Both the position numbers and the translations under genes were made by a program. This document shows, in pieces, positions 48,671 to 58,185 of a DNA stretch of 64,000 nucleotides (positions are counted from its first letter, which is position 1; the number at the start of each line of letters is the position of its first letter). This DNA comes from Candidatus Eiseniibacteriota bacterium (GTDB lineage: Bacteria; Eisenbacteria; RBG-16-71-46), in assembly GCA_031364845.1 (NCBI GenBank), contig JANLWX010000028.1, positions 32,001-96,000 on the forward strand, read 5' to 3'. Under the pieces are notes generated by a model, which worked only from the letters and a program-made list of their open reading frames with translations, had not been told where the DNA came from and made no database searches.

Positions 48671-49869
48671 CGAGTGCCCGTTTCCGGAAGCCGTGCCGCC
48701 CACGCCATGCCGGCCAGCGTGTAGAGCGGGTAGAGCAACTCCTCGTCGCCGAAGTTCCACTCGAACAGACCGGCGACGGCGAACCCCGCGAGTCCTCCGA
48801 GCACGCCGAGCCTCAGGGCGGCGGCGAGTGCTGCTTCGCCGCCTTCGCTCCGGCCTCGTCTGAGGGAGTTCCCCAGCCTCGCTGTCGCGCAATAGATCAA
48901 AGCGCCGTAGAGAAGCAGGAACGCGAGCAGGCCCGGGATGCCCATGGTCGCTCCGATCTGGACGGGCACGCTGTGCAGGTGCCCCGCGCGTTCGCGCGCG
49001 GCCGGGTCGCGGTAGCGATCGTAGAGCGGCTTCAGGTCCTGAAGCCCGACACCGGTCCACGGATGGTCGCGCAGCATCCGTCCTCCGGCTTCCCACATGT
49101 AGGTGCGCTCGATGTTGGTGGGATGGTGCGGGTCGACGATGCTGTCGATGCGATCGCGAAAGGCCGGCGGGGCGGCAAAGTAGGCCACGATCGCGAGCCC
49201 GGCGAGCACCGCGATGCCGCGCGGCCGGGTGAAGCCGAGCATCACCGCGACCGAGACCAGGAACCCGATCCAGGCGCTGCGCGTGTAGGTCGCGGCCAGG
49301 GTCAAAACACCCAGCACCGTGACGGCCGCCGCCCCGATCCGCCAGCGCCCGCGGCCGACCAGCGCCACCGCAAACGCGATGCTCGCGATCAGCCCGATCT
49401 GGCCCGCGAAGGTCATGTAGTGCCCGACCAGCCCGCGTGCGCGCGCCGCAAAGCTCGCCCCATCGGCAATGAACAGACCCAGCCCGTAGAACCACGCAGC
49501 CGAGGCCGAGACGAATAGAGCGATCACCGCCCGGCGCCGGGGTCCGGACGCGGCAGCGTGCCACGCCCCGAGGGCGACCAGGCCCGGAAACAGGCCTTTT
49601 CCGAGCCGCGACCAGCTTGCGCTGGGGTCCTGGGCGAAAACGGCCGACAACACCAGTGCGGACATCCATACGATCCAAGGGATCGCGAGCGGGTGATGCA
49701 GAGGTTCCCACTTGCGGTCGATGACCCAGACGACGACCGTAAGCAGTCCACAGGCTGCGGTGGCGATGGACATGGGCGCGATCGACCAGGGAAGGGCAAT
49801 GATTAGCAACAGGAAACAGAAACGCGCAGATGCGACCCATCCATTCGAGCTCTGGGGTGCCCGAATCAC
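48667..49869 (-). CDS. O-antigen ligase (WaaL)/Wzy_C family protein
   Basis: TM-rich; TYTRSAW, ER...W......DHPWTGVG, HLHS. Confidence 0.87.
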   Translation of the reverse strand: MIRAPQSSNGWVASARFCFLLLIIALPWSIAPMSIATAACGLLTVVVWVIDRKWEPLHHPLAIPWIVWMSALVLSAVFAQDPSASWSRLGKGLFPGLVALGAWHAAASGPRRRAVIALFVSASAAWFYGLGLFIADGASFAARARGLVGHYMTFAGQIGLIASIAFAVALVGRGRWRIGAAAVTVLGVLTLAATYTRSAWIGFLVSVAVMLGFTRPRGIAVLAGLAIVAYFAAPPAFRDRIDSIVDPHHPTNIERTYMWEAGGRMLRDHPWTGVGLQDLKPLYDRYRDPAARERAGHLHSVPVQIGATMGIPGLLAFLLLYGALIYCATARLGNSLRRGRSEGGEAALAAALRLGVLGGLAGFAVAGLFEWNFGDEELLYPLYTLAGMAWAARLPETGTR

Positions 49870-50308
49870 CTCCGACTCCCGGCGTTCTCGCTCAAGAAAT
49901 GCCCTCGGGTGCTCGAATTCGGATGAAATCTGCGGTCACGTGGGACGTGGCGATGTCTTTTCGAGGCTCGGGCCAAATCATGCGTGTTCTGTGCGTGACA
50001 AGCGCCCCAGGGATGTGCGAAACTCTCCGCACTCGAAACGCCGGACGGCTCGATTTGCCGATGCCGTTCCCTCGATGAGTCTCACCGATTGCTGCGCAGG
50101 AGATCCGACCGAACCTTCGTTGCTACCCTCTAGTTTCTCGACGGTTGGTTTCGCAGTACTTCGTGACTTGAAGCCACTTCCTACACCACCCTACAACGCC
50201 TGAGCGTGTTTTCACGCATGGTTTCACGGATTACGGATTTTCCTGGCACCGGCCGATACACCAGCAGTGTCCGTAAATCCAGAGGCCATTGAGATGAGAG
50301 GGAAGAGC

Positions 50309-51307
50309 ATGAGAGTCCTCGTCACAGGGGGTGCAGGTTTCATCGGGTCACACCTTTCCGAGGCGCTGCTTCATCGCGGCGCTGAGGTGTGGGCGCTGGA
50401 CGATCTTTCTACCGGCCGACTCGAGAACCTTCGCACGTTTGAGCGTCACCCCCGATTCCGCTTTCTCGAAGGTAACGTTACTGACTCCGCGCTGGTTCAC
50501 GGCCTCGTCGCGCAGAGCGACAAGGTGTTTCATCTCGCCGCCGCCGTCGGTGTGAAGTATGTGCTCGAGAATCCGCTCCGATCCCTGATTACGAACATTC
50601 GTGGCACAGAGGTCGTGCTCGAGGCATGTGCCGAGCACAACCGCAAGGTGATGATTTTCTCGAGCAGTGAGGTGTACGGCAAGGGTGTCAGCGTGCCCTT
50701 CTCCGAGGACGACGATCGCGTTCTCGGCCCGACCCACAAGCTGCGCTGGTCCTATGCGTGCGGCAAGGCGGTCGATGAGTGTCTTGCACAGGCGTACTAC
50801 CAGCAGCGTCAGCTGCCTGTGGTTGCGGTTCGATGTTTCAACACGTGTGGTCCCCGCCAGACCGGCGCATACGGCATGGTGATCCCCAACATGATCGCTC
50901 GCGCTCTGCGCAACGAGCCGATCCTCGTGTTCGGTGACGGCCTGCAGTCGCGCTGCTTCTCGGCAGTCCACGACGTGGTTCGCGGCGTGCTGTTGCTCGC
51001 CGACAAGGACGAGGCTTACGGCGAGATTTTCAACGTGGGAAGCGACGAAGAAGTCACCGTGCTCGAGCTGGCCGAACGCATCCGCAAGATGTGCGACAGC
51101 AAGTCCGAAATCGAATTCGTGCCCTACGAGAAGGTCTACGGCAGCTCGTTCGAAGACATGCGCCGTCGCGTGCCCGACCTGCGAAAGATCGGCCGCTTCG
51201 TCGGCTATCGGCCGCAGATCCTGTGCGATCAGTTGCTCGAAATGACCATTCGGGATATGTGCGAGCAGATGAGCTTGCCGTTCCCGGTGGGATTGCAGTC
51301 CGCCTGA
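50309..51307 (+). CDS. NAD-dependent nucleotide-sugar epimerase/dehydratase
   Basis: GGAGFIGSHL, HLAAAVGV, SSSEVYGK, YACGK, DMRRRVPD. Confidence 0.9.
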   Translation: MRVLVTGGAGFIGSHLSEALLHRGAEVWALDDLSTGRLENLRTFERHPRFRFLEGNVTDSALVHGLVAQSDKVFHLAAAVGVKYVLENPLRSLITNIRGTEVVLEACAEHNRKVMIFSSSEVYGKGVSVPFSEDDDRVLGPTHKLRWSYACGKAVDECLAQAYYQQRQLPVVAVRCFNTCGPRQTGAYGMVIPNMIARALRNEPILVFGDGLQSRCFSAVHDVVRGVLLLADKDEAYGEIFNVGSDEEVTVLELAERIRKMCDSKSEIEFVPYEKVYGSSFEDMRRRVPDLRKIGRFVGYRPQILCDQLLEMTIRDMCEQMSLPFPVGLQSA

Positions 51308-51338
51308 TCATCGGGCGCGGCTCCGACTCCATTCCATC

Positions 51339-52394
51339 ATGGTGCTCGCGACCGCGTTCCTGCTGGCTCTGATCCTGTCTCTGGTCCTGACCCCGGTCGG
51401 GACCAGACTGGCGTGGGCCACCGGGTTCCTCGATCATCCGGAAGCGAGAAAACTTCACACCACCGCGACCGCCCTTCTCGGCGGGGCGGTGGTGTTTTTT
51501 TGTGCCCTGATCGCGTGGACGACGTCTCTCAACGCGCACACGCGGTTCGGACCCTCCGGGGAAGGGATGTTCATCGTCGCCGGCGCGCTCACGGCGCTGC
51601 TGCTGGGCATGTGGGACGACCGCTTCGGCATGGGGCCGCGGATCAAGTTCCTGGGCCAGGCCACGGCAGCCGCATTGCTGCTGTCGTCGGGCCACATCCC
51701 GGATTTCGGCATGCCGGTCGCGATGAACGCCGCGCTTGCGCTGGTGTCGCTGGTGGCGCTCATGAACGCGGTCAACTTCCTCGACAACATGAACGGCGTC
51801 GTGAGCGGCATGGCCGCGATCGGGCTCGCGGGCTTCTCAGCGCACTCATGGACCCGCGGCGCTTTTGGCCTTGCGGCAGCACAGCTCGCGGTTTCCGGCG
51901 CGTGCCTCGGGTTCCTCCGCTACAACTTCCCGAAGGCGAAAATCTTTCTCGGCGACGCCGGCAGCCTGTTCATCGGCTATTGCTTGGGAGCTTCGGCCCT
52001 GCTCGCGTATGATGGCGCCCCGGCGGGATGGGGGCGCATCGGTGCGATCCTCGTGCTCGGCTATCCGGCATTCGACCTGTTTTTCGTGGTGATCACGCGC
52101 CTCCGCGACGGCCGCCGGCTTTCGCAAGGAGGGAAGGATCACACCAATCATCGAATCGCGAGCGTCCTCAAATGTCAGACGAGAACCGTCCTTCTGGTGT
52201 GGTTCAGTATGGCCGCCCTCTGCGCAAGCGGAATCGTGGTGCTCAGACTCAACCAAATGCTCCCGGCACTCCTGCTGTCGGGCCTGTGGATCCTTCTGTT
52301 CCTGGTAGCGGGGCTGAAACTATCATCCGTTCCAGTGCCCCGCCCGTCGCCCGTCCCCCCGTCGCCCGCCGCGATCCCGACGCCGACGACCTGA
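51339..52394 (+). CDS. WecA/TagO-like undecaprenyl-phosphate GlcNAc-1-phosphate transferase
   Basis: RKLH, GMWDD, NAVNFLDNMNG, NFP.AKIFLGDAGS, DHTNHR. Confidence 0.88.
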   Translation: MVLATAFLLALILSLVLTPVGTRLAWATGFLDHPEARKLHTTATALLGGAVVFFCALIAWTTSLNAHTRFGPSGEGMFIVAGALTALLLGMWDDRFGMGPRIKFLGQATAAALLLSSGHIPDFGMPVAMNAALALVSLVALMNAVNFLDNMNGVVSGMAAIGLAGFSAHSWTRGAFGLAAAQLAVSGACLGFLRYNFPKAKIFLGDAGSLFIGYCLGASALLAYDGAPAGWGRIGAILVLGYPAFDLFFVVITRLRDGRRLSQGGKDHTNHRIASVLKCQTRTVLLVWFSMAALCASGIVVLRLNQMLPALLLSGLWILLFLVAGLKLSSVPVPRPSPVPPSPAAIPTPTT

Positions 52395-52627
52395 AGCTGC
52401 GCGACATGGTCACGCTGATTGCGCGCGGTCTCGTGGACCATCCGGACGAGGTCGAAGTCGACATCCTCGGAGTCGGCGCGGAGACCAGCCTCGAGCTGCA
52501 CGTGAATCAGGACGATCTCGGCCACGTGATCGGCAAGCAGGGACGCACGGCGCGCTCGCTGCGGCTGGTGCTCGGTGCCGCCGCGTCTCGTGCCGACCGC
52601 AGGGCCTCGCTCGAGATCGCGGATTAA
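52391..52627 (+). CDS. khpA: KH-domain RNA-binding protein KhpA (start CTG 52391/52397 or ATG 52406)
   Basis: LVDHPDEV, DDLGHVIGKQGRTARSLR; upstream of rimM. Confidence 0.88.
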   Translation: MKLRDMVTLIARGLVDHPDEVEVDILGVGAETSLELHVNQDDLGHVIGKQGRTARSLRLVLGAAASRADRRASLEIAD

Positions 52628-52669
52628 CTCGCGGTCGTTCGTGCGGCATCCCGGTACCGCGGGCAGGTC

Positions 52670-53182
52670 ATGTCCTGGGTTCTGATCGGCCGCCTCGGCC
52701 GCCCGCATGGTCTCGACGGTGAACTGCATCTCGACGGTTGCGCGCTGAGCGTCCCGGAGCTGCTCGCGCTCCGGGACTTCTCGTGGCGCGGTCTGCGAGG
52801 CGAAGCTCGCGATCTCACGCTGACTGCCGCGCGCCCCGCCAACGCCCGGATCCTGGTGCGTTTCGCGGGAGTCGGCTCGCGCGAAGAGGCGTCCGAGCTC
52901 ACGAACGGTGAGATCGGCGCCGAGCCCTCGCAGCTGCCCGATGCAGGGCCCGGAATGGCGTATCACTTCCAGATCATGGGCCTCGAGGTGCGAACCGCCG
53001 AGGGCCGGGTGCTCGGAGCGATCTCGGACATCATCGCGACCGGCGCCCATCCCGTGTACGTGGTGAAGGGAGAGCGCGAGATCCTGATTCCCGGCACGCC
53101 GGCGATCGTCCAGCACGTCGATCTCGCCGCGCGCACCATGACGGTCGCGCTGCCGGCGGGACTCGAAGACGCAATGGCGTAA
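52670..53182 (+). CDS. rimM: Ribosome maturation factor RimM
   Basis: IGRLGRPHGLDGE, TGAHPVYVV, ILIP; synteny. Confidence 0.92.
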   Translation: MSWVLIGRLGRPHGLDGELHLDGCALSVPELLALRDFSWRGLRGEARDLTLTAARPANARILVRFAGVGSREEASELTNGEIGAEPSQLPDAGPGMAYHFQIMGLEVRTAEGRVLGAISDIIATGAHPVYVVKGEREILIPGTPAIVQHVDLAARTMTVALPAGLEDAMA

Positions 53183-53195
53183 GGCGGCGGTGTCC

Positions 53196-53954
53196 ATGCG
53201 CATCTCGATTCTTTCGATCTTCCCCGACTTCTTCGGCACTCCGTTCGCCGAGGGGATGATCCGGCTCGCCCGCGAGAAGCAGCAGCTCACGGTGGACGTG
53301 ATCGGCCTGCGCGACTTCACCGAGGACTCGCACCGCACGACCGACGACTATCCGTTCGGTGGCGGGGTCGGAATGATCATGAAGGTCGAGCCGATCGATC
53401 GCGCGCTTGGCTCGCTCGGGACCGGCGATCGGGCCGCGAGACCACCCGGAACCCGCGTGGCGCTGTTCTCCCCGCAAGGACGCGCGTTTACCCAGGATGT
53501 CGCGCGGGAGTATGCGGCGCTCGATCACGTCGTGCTGATCTGCGGCCGTTATAAAGGTGTCGATGAGCGCGTGGCCGAGCACCTGATCGACGAGGAGCTC
53601 TCGATCGGTGACTTCGTCCTCTCGGGAGGGGAGCCCGCCGCCCTGTGCGTGGTCGATGCCGTGTCCCGGCTGCTCCCCGGAGTGGTCGGATCGTTCGACT
53701 CGGTCGAAGGCGACTCGTTCCATTCCGGAATGCTCGACTCCGCCTACTTCACGCGGCCGGCCGAGTATCGCGGGTGGAAGGTTCCCGACGTGCTCCTGTC
53801 GGGGAATCATGCGGCAATCGCCCGGCATCGCCGCGAGGAATCGCTGCGGCGCACCCTGGAGCGGCGGCCCGAGTTGCTCGAGACCGCCGAGCTGTCTCCC
53901 GCGGATCGCAAGCTGATCGAGCGCCTGCGGAGATCGACGACGGGCCGGCAGTAG
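53196..53954 (+). CDS. trmD: tRNA (guanine37-N1)-methyltransferase
   Basis: DDYPFGGG.GM, CGRYKGVDER, SIGDFVLSGGE, VPDVLLSGNH. Confidence 0.97.
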   Translation: MRISILSIFPDFFGTPFAEGMIRLAREKQQLTVDVIGLRDFTEDSHRTTDDYPFGGGVGMIMKVEPIDRALGSLGTGDRAARPPGTRVALFSPQGRAFTQDVAREYAALDHVVLICGRYKGVDERVAEHLIDEELSIGDFVLSGGEPAALCVVDAVSRLLPGVVGSFDSVEGDSFHSGMLDSAYFTRPAEYRGWKVPDVLLSGNHAAIARHRREESLRRTLERRPELLETAELSPADRKLIERLRRSTTGRQ

Positions 53955-54161
53955 GGTCGCGAGGATGCGAGCCGGGAGCTACCTGGCGCGGCTGCGGTCA
54001 AAAGGGCACGCGTGAGCACCGGCACCCGAATCCCGCGCTTCGATGCCCTCGGGGTGTGATTCAATCCTTCGCTGGCCACCGGAAACCCGATCCTCTATAC
54101 TCCCGCGCCGCTCAACATCGCCCGGTGACGCTGGGCTTTTCCTGTAGAAAGGAGCCCCACC

Positions 54162-54578
54162 ATGGGCCTGATCGAGAAAATCGAAGCCACACAGTTCAAG
54201 TCCGACCGCCCCGACATTCGCCCCGGCGATACCGTCGAAGTCTCGGTGCGCGTCATCGAAGGTGACAAAGAGCGCCAGCAGAAGTTCAAGGGCGAAGTCA
54301 TCAACGTACGTGGCGGCGGAATCCGCCGCACGTTCACCGTGCGCAAGATCAGCGAAGGCATCGGCGTCGAGCGTACGTTCCCGGTGCACAGCCCGTCGCT
54401 CGCCGAAGTGAAGGTGTTGAAGCACTCCCGCGTCCGCCGCGCGAAGCTGTTCTATCTGCGCGAGCGCACCGGCAAGAGCGCGCGTCTCACCGAGCGTGCC
54501 GAGAAGAAGCCGGCGGCACCCGCGCGCGCCAAGGCGGCGAAGGCCGAGAAGAAGTCCGAGGAACCCGCAGCGACGTGA
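54162..54578 (+). CDS. rplS: 50S ribosomal protein L19
   Basis: [32 protein letters not shown]. Confidence 0.97.
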   Translation: MGLIEKIEATQFKSDRPDIRPGDTVEVSVRVIEGDKERQQKFKGEVINVRGGGIRRTFTVRKISEGIGVERTFPVHSPSLAEVKVLKHSRVRRAKLFYLRERTGKSARLTERAEKKPAAPARAKAAKAEKKSEEPAAT

Positions 54579-55204
54579 AGCGCCCCGTCTGGCGCCGGCT
54601 GGCGCGCGACGAGACCCGCCTCGCGGGTGATGCCGTGGTGGCCGGAGTCGACGAAGCAGGCCGCGGACCGCTCGCCGGTCCGGTGGTCGCGGCCGCGGTG
54701 GTGCTTCAGGTGGGCGGTAAGTGGCAGGGACTCGACGACAGCAAGAACGTCGATCCCGAAACGCGCGCCTCACTCTATGCCCGGGTCCTGTTCGAGGCCC
54801 GGGCATTTTCGTGGACGGTCGTCGGGCAGCGGGCGATCGATCACGCGAACATCCGTCGCGCGAGTCTCACCGCGATGCGGCGCTCGGTCGAGAAGCTGCG
54901 CATCCGTCCCGACCTGGTGCTGGTCGACGGCCAGGACGAAATCCCCGGCCTCACCGTGCGCCAGCACGCACTGATCGACGGCGACGCGCGCATGATCTCG
55001 ATCGCCGCCGCGTCGATCCTCGCGAAGGTCGTCCGCGACCGCATCATGGAGCGGCTCGACCGCGTGTGGCCGGTCTACGGATTCGCGCGCCACAAGGGCT
55101 ACGCCACGCCGGAACACCTCGCCGCACTTGGACTCCACGGGCCGTGCGCGCTGCACCGGTATTCGTTCTCGCCGGTGTGCGTGCAGGAATTGCCGCTGGT
55201 CTGA
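54575..55204 (+). CDS. rnhB: Ribonuclease HII
   Basis: [36 protein letters not shown]. Confidence 0.96.
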   Translation: MKRPVWRRLARDETRLAGDAVVAGVDEAGRGPLAGPVVAAAVVLQVGGKWQGLDDSKNVDPETRASLYARVLFEARAFSWTVVGQRAIDHANIRRASLTAMRRSVEKLRIRPDLVLVDGQDEIPGLTVRQHALIDGDARMISIAAASILAKVVRDRIMERLDRVWPVYGFARHKGYATPEHLAALGLHGPCALHRYSFSPVCVQELPLV

Positions 55205-55275
55205 GCGCGCCCGCCCGCGCATCGTGTAGTCTGCGAGTCCCCGCGAAAGACCCGCCCCCGCGAAGAGAATCCGAC

Positions 55276-55632
55276 ATGGCACGTTCGCAACGGCGGGGGA
55301 CCGCCGGGGAAGCGCTGGCCGCGGCATATCTGGAATTGGCAGGCTACGTGGTGGAGGCGCACAACACGCGGCTCTCCGGCGTCGAGATCGATCTGATCGC
55401 GACCGATGGAGCGACCCGGGTGCTGGTCGAGGTCAAACTGCGCACGCGAACCGATTACGGGGGTGCCGCACTTGCGGTGGATCGCGTGAAGCGCGAACGT
55501 CTGCGCCGGGCCGCGATGACCCCGGTGCGCAACGATCCACGCCCGGTCCGGATCGATGTGATCGCGATCGAGCCGGGCGCAGATGGCGCGATCATTCATC
55601 ACTATCGCAATGCGGTGACGGAAGGAAGCTGA
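55276..55632 (+). CDS. YraN family putative endonuclease
   Basis: GEALAAAYL, EIDLIA, VEVK.R, RIDVIAI; after rnhB. Confidence 0.9.
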   Translation: MARSQRRGTAGEALAAAYLELAGYVVEAHNTRLSGVEIDLIATDGATRVLVEVKLRTRTDYGGAALAVDRVKRERLRRAAMTPVRNDPRPVRIDVIAIEPGADGAIIHHYRNAVTEGS

Positions 55633-55668
55633 CGAAGCACGCGGCCACGAACCGCGTTCGAGTCGCAC

Positions 55669-57039
55669 ATGGTTCAGGTCCCTCGAATCGGAAGACTGCG
55701 CATTGCTCCGCGCCTCACGCAGCGCTGGCGCGCGCGGCTGCGCGCGCAGCGCCGCTGGTGGCGCACGCGGTGGCGCGCGCTGTCGGGTAGCGACGTGCTG
55801 TTCCCCGCCGCGGGCGCGGGCATGGTCGCGGTCGAGACGCTTGCAGGCGGCGTCGAGCCGGGCCGCGCGGCGATCTCGGGCACGCGCATCGCGATTCTCC
55901 ACGCGACTGCCGGCAGCGGACACAAGCGCGCAGCCCAGGCGCTGGCCCGCGCGTTCAGCGAGATCGACCCCGGCGTGCTCGTGCGTGAAGTCGATACCCT
56001 GGTGTTCGCGTCACGACTCTATCGCGGCACCTACGCCGCCTCGTACAACGCGATGGCCGCGCGCGCGCCGCGCCTGTGGGGCGTGCTCTACCATTCGTGG
56101 GCGCTGGCGCCGGTCAATCGCGGCACCGCGCCCATGCGGTTGGCACTCGACCGCCTGAACCTGCGCCGGCTGGTGCGGGTCGTCGAGCGCGAGCGCCCCG
56201 ACGCGATCGTGTGCACGCACTTCCTGCCGGTGGAAGCGCTGTCGCACGCGCGCGGCGCGGGCAAGCTTCAGGTGCCGCTCTATTGCGTGATCACGGACTT
56301 CACCGCGCATCCGTTCTGGGCGTTTCCGCACGTCGACCGCTATTTCGTCGCGAGCGCCCAGGTCGCCACCGAACTCGCGGGCCACGGAGTGCCGCGCGCG
56401 TCCATCGATGTGACCGGAATCCCGGTCGACCCGCGTTTCGCGCAGCCGATCGGCCGCGACGTCGCGCGCGCGCGGTTCGCGCTCGATTCCGCGCGGCCGA
56501 TGGTGCTGGTGATGGGCGGCGGCAGCGGTGTGGGTCCGCTCGCCGAGCTGGCGGAGCGGCTCGCGAGTGTCCCTGGCGCGCCCGATGTGTTCGTCGTGTG
56601 CGGCACCAACGAGCGACTGCGCGCGGAGATCGATGGCCTCGCGCGCCCCAGCAACGGCGCGGCGCGGCGCAGCGGACGGATCGTGGCACTCGGCTTCACC
56701 GATGAGATCGACGCGCTGCTCGAAGCGTGTGACGTGGTGGTGAGCAAGGCCGGAGGCCTTACGTGCTCCGAAGCGCTCATCAAAGGCGCCCCGCTCGTGG
56801 TCTACCGTCCGACGCCGGGCCAGGAAGTGCGCAACGCCGAGTTCCTCGAAGCCGGCGGCGCCGCACTGCATGCCGACTCGATCGACGCCGTCGAGATCAT
56901 CGTGCGCCGCTGGCTCAGCGATCCCGCCGCGCGCGCCGCGGTGCGTGCCGCCGCCGGGAAACTCGCGGCACCCGATTCGGCCCGCAACATCGCGCGGCGC
57001 GTGCTGGAGATGGCGCCGGGCCGCGTGCCCGCCGCATGA
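55669..57039 (+). CDS. MGDG synthase/UgtP-like glycosyltransferase (GT28); start uncertain
   Basis: AGSGHKRAA, CTHFLP, VITDF..H..W, TGIPV, SKAGGLT.SEA, PGQE..NA. Confidence 0.88.
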   Translation: MVQVPRIGRLRIAPRLTQRWRARLRAQRRWWRTRWRALSGSDVLFPAAGAGMVAVETLAGGVEPGRAAISGTRIAILHATAGSGHKRAAQALARAFSEIDPGVLVREVDTLVFASRLYRGTYAASYNAMAARAPRLWGVLYHSWALAPVNRGTAPMRLALDRLNLRRLVRVVERERPDAIVCTHFLPVEALSHARGAGKLQVPLYCVITDFTAHPFWAFPHVDRYFVASAQVATELAGHGVPRASIDVTGIPVDPRFAQPIGRDVARARFALDSARPMVLVMGGGSGVGPLAELAERLASVPGAPDVFVVCGTNERLRAEIDGLARPSNGAARRSGRIVALGFTDEIDALLEACDVVVSKAGGLTCSEALIKGAPLVVYRPTPGQEVRNAEFLEAGGAALHADSIDAVEIIVRRWLSDPAARAAVRAAAGKLAAPDSARNIARRVLEMAPGRVPAA

Positions 57040-57129
57040 GCCGGGGCGGCGGCGCGGGCTTTCGTTGCTCGCGCTGCCACGCCCATGTGATGCGTCATCC
57101 GCGCGCCGCGTGATACCGTGCCCGCCCTC

Positions 57130-58098
57130 ATGAACACGACCTCCGCATCACCCGCCGAACTCATCGAGCGCACGCTGCGCGGCGACCGCGCTGCCCTCGC
57201 GCGCGCGATCTCGTGGGTCGAGAACGAACTGCCACGTTCCGGCGAAGTGCTCGATGCCTGTTTCGCCGCGAGCGGCCGCGCGCGGCGTATCGGCATCACC
57301 GGTCCGCCCGGCGCCGGCAAGAGCACGCTCGTCACGCGGCTCGCGCGCGCGTGGCGCTCACGCGAGGCCTCGGTCGCGATCGTGGCCGTCGATCCCACGA
57401 GCCCGTTCAGCGGCGGAGCATTGCTCGGCGATCGCGTGCGCATGGGCGAACTCGCAGGCGACCCGGGTGTGTTCATCCGTTCGATGGCAACGCGCGGCAG
57501 CCTCGGCGGCCTCGCCGTCCACACCGCACAGGTGTGCGATGTGCTCGACGCGGCTGGATTTTCACGCATCCTGATCGAAACCGTCGGCGTGGGACAGAGC
57601 GAGCTGGAAGTTGCCCAGACCGCGGATACGACCGCCGTGGTGCTGGTTCCCGAGTCGGGCGATGGCGTGCAGGCGATGAAGGCCGGCCTCATGGAAATTG
57701 GCGATCTGTTCATCATCAACAAGGCCGATCGCGAGGGTGCGGAGCGCGGCGCCTATGCCGTGCGCTCGGCGCTCGAGTTGCGCACCGCGCGCACCGACTG
57801 GGAGCCGCCGGTGCTGCTGACGGTCGCCTCGCAGGGTGAGGGCGTTGCCGAGGCGCTCGATCAGATCGAAGCGCACCTGGCGCATCTCGAAGCGACCGGT
57901 GGACTCGAAGCACGCCGCCGCGATCGCGCGAGTCAGCGGTTGGAGGACGTGCTGAGAGCGCGGTTGTGGTGGGAGTTCCGCACACTGGTCGGGGACGGCG
58001 AGTGGAGCGAGTTCGTGGCGCGCCTCGCCGCGCGCGAGATCACCCCGCATGGCGCGGCGGAGGCGTTGATGAGACAGGCCATGCCCCCTTCCTCTTGA
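57130..58098 (+). CDS. meaB: MeaB/ArgK GTPase chaperone for B12 mutase
   Basis: GPPGAGKST, DPTSPFSGGALLGDRVRM, ETVGVGQSE, NKAD. Confidence 0.95.
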   Translation: MNTTSASPAELIERTLRGDRAALARAISWVENELPRSGEVLDACFAASGRARRIGITGPPGAGKSTLVTRLARAWRSREASVAIVAVDPTSPFSGGALLGDRVRMGELAGDPGVFIRSMATRGSLGGLAVHTAQVCDVLDAAGFSRILIETVGVGQSELEVAQTADTTAVVLVPESGDGVQAMKAGLMEIGDLFIINKADREGAERGAYAVRSALELRTARTDWEPPVLLTVASQGEGVAEALDQIEAHLAHLEATGGLEARRRDRASQRLEDVLRARLWWEFRTLVGDGEWSEFVARLAAREITPHGAAEALMRQAMPPSS

Positions 58099-58124
58099 CG
58101 CCTCGCGGAACGGGCGCGTAGCCT
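58095..58124 (+). promoter_or_regulatory. Putative sigma70 promoter of the mutase genes
   Basis: TTGACG-N18-TAGCCT. Confidence 0.35.
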
Positions 58125-58185
58125 CGCAGAGCCTTTTCACCCCCGGATATCCTGCGATTCGACACCTGCCGAGGAGCTGGCACCC

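Noticed and set aside
53955..54161. Possible L19 leader RNA
   Set aside because: No recognisable conserved motif or stem by eye
55669..55820. Arg/Trp-rich N-terminal extension of the UgtP-like protein as a membrane-targeting helix
   Set aside because: Start codon uncertain (alternative ATG near 55822, no clear SD); may be untranslated
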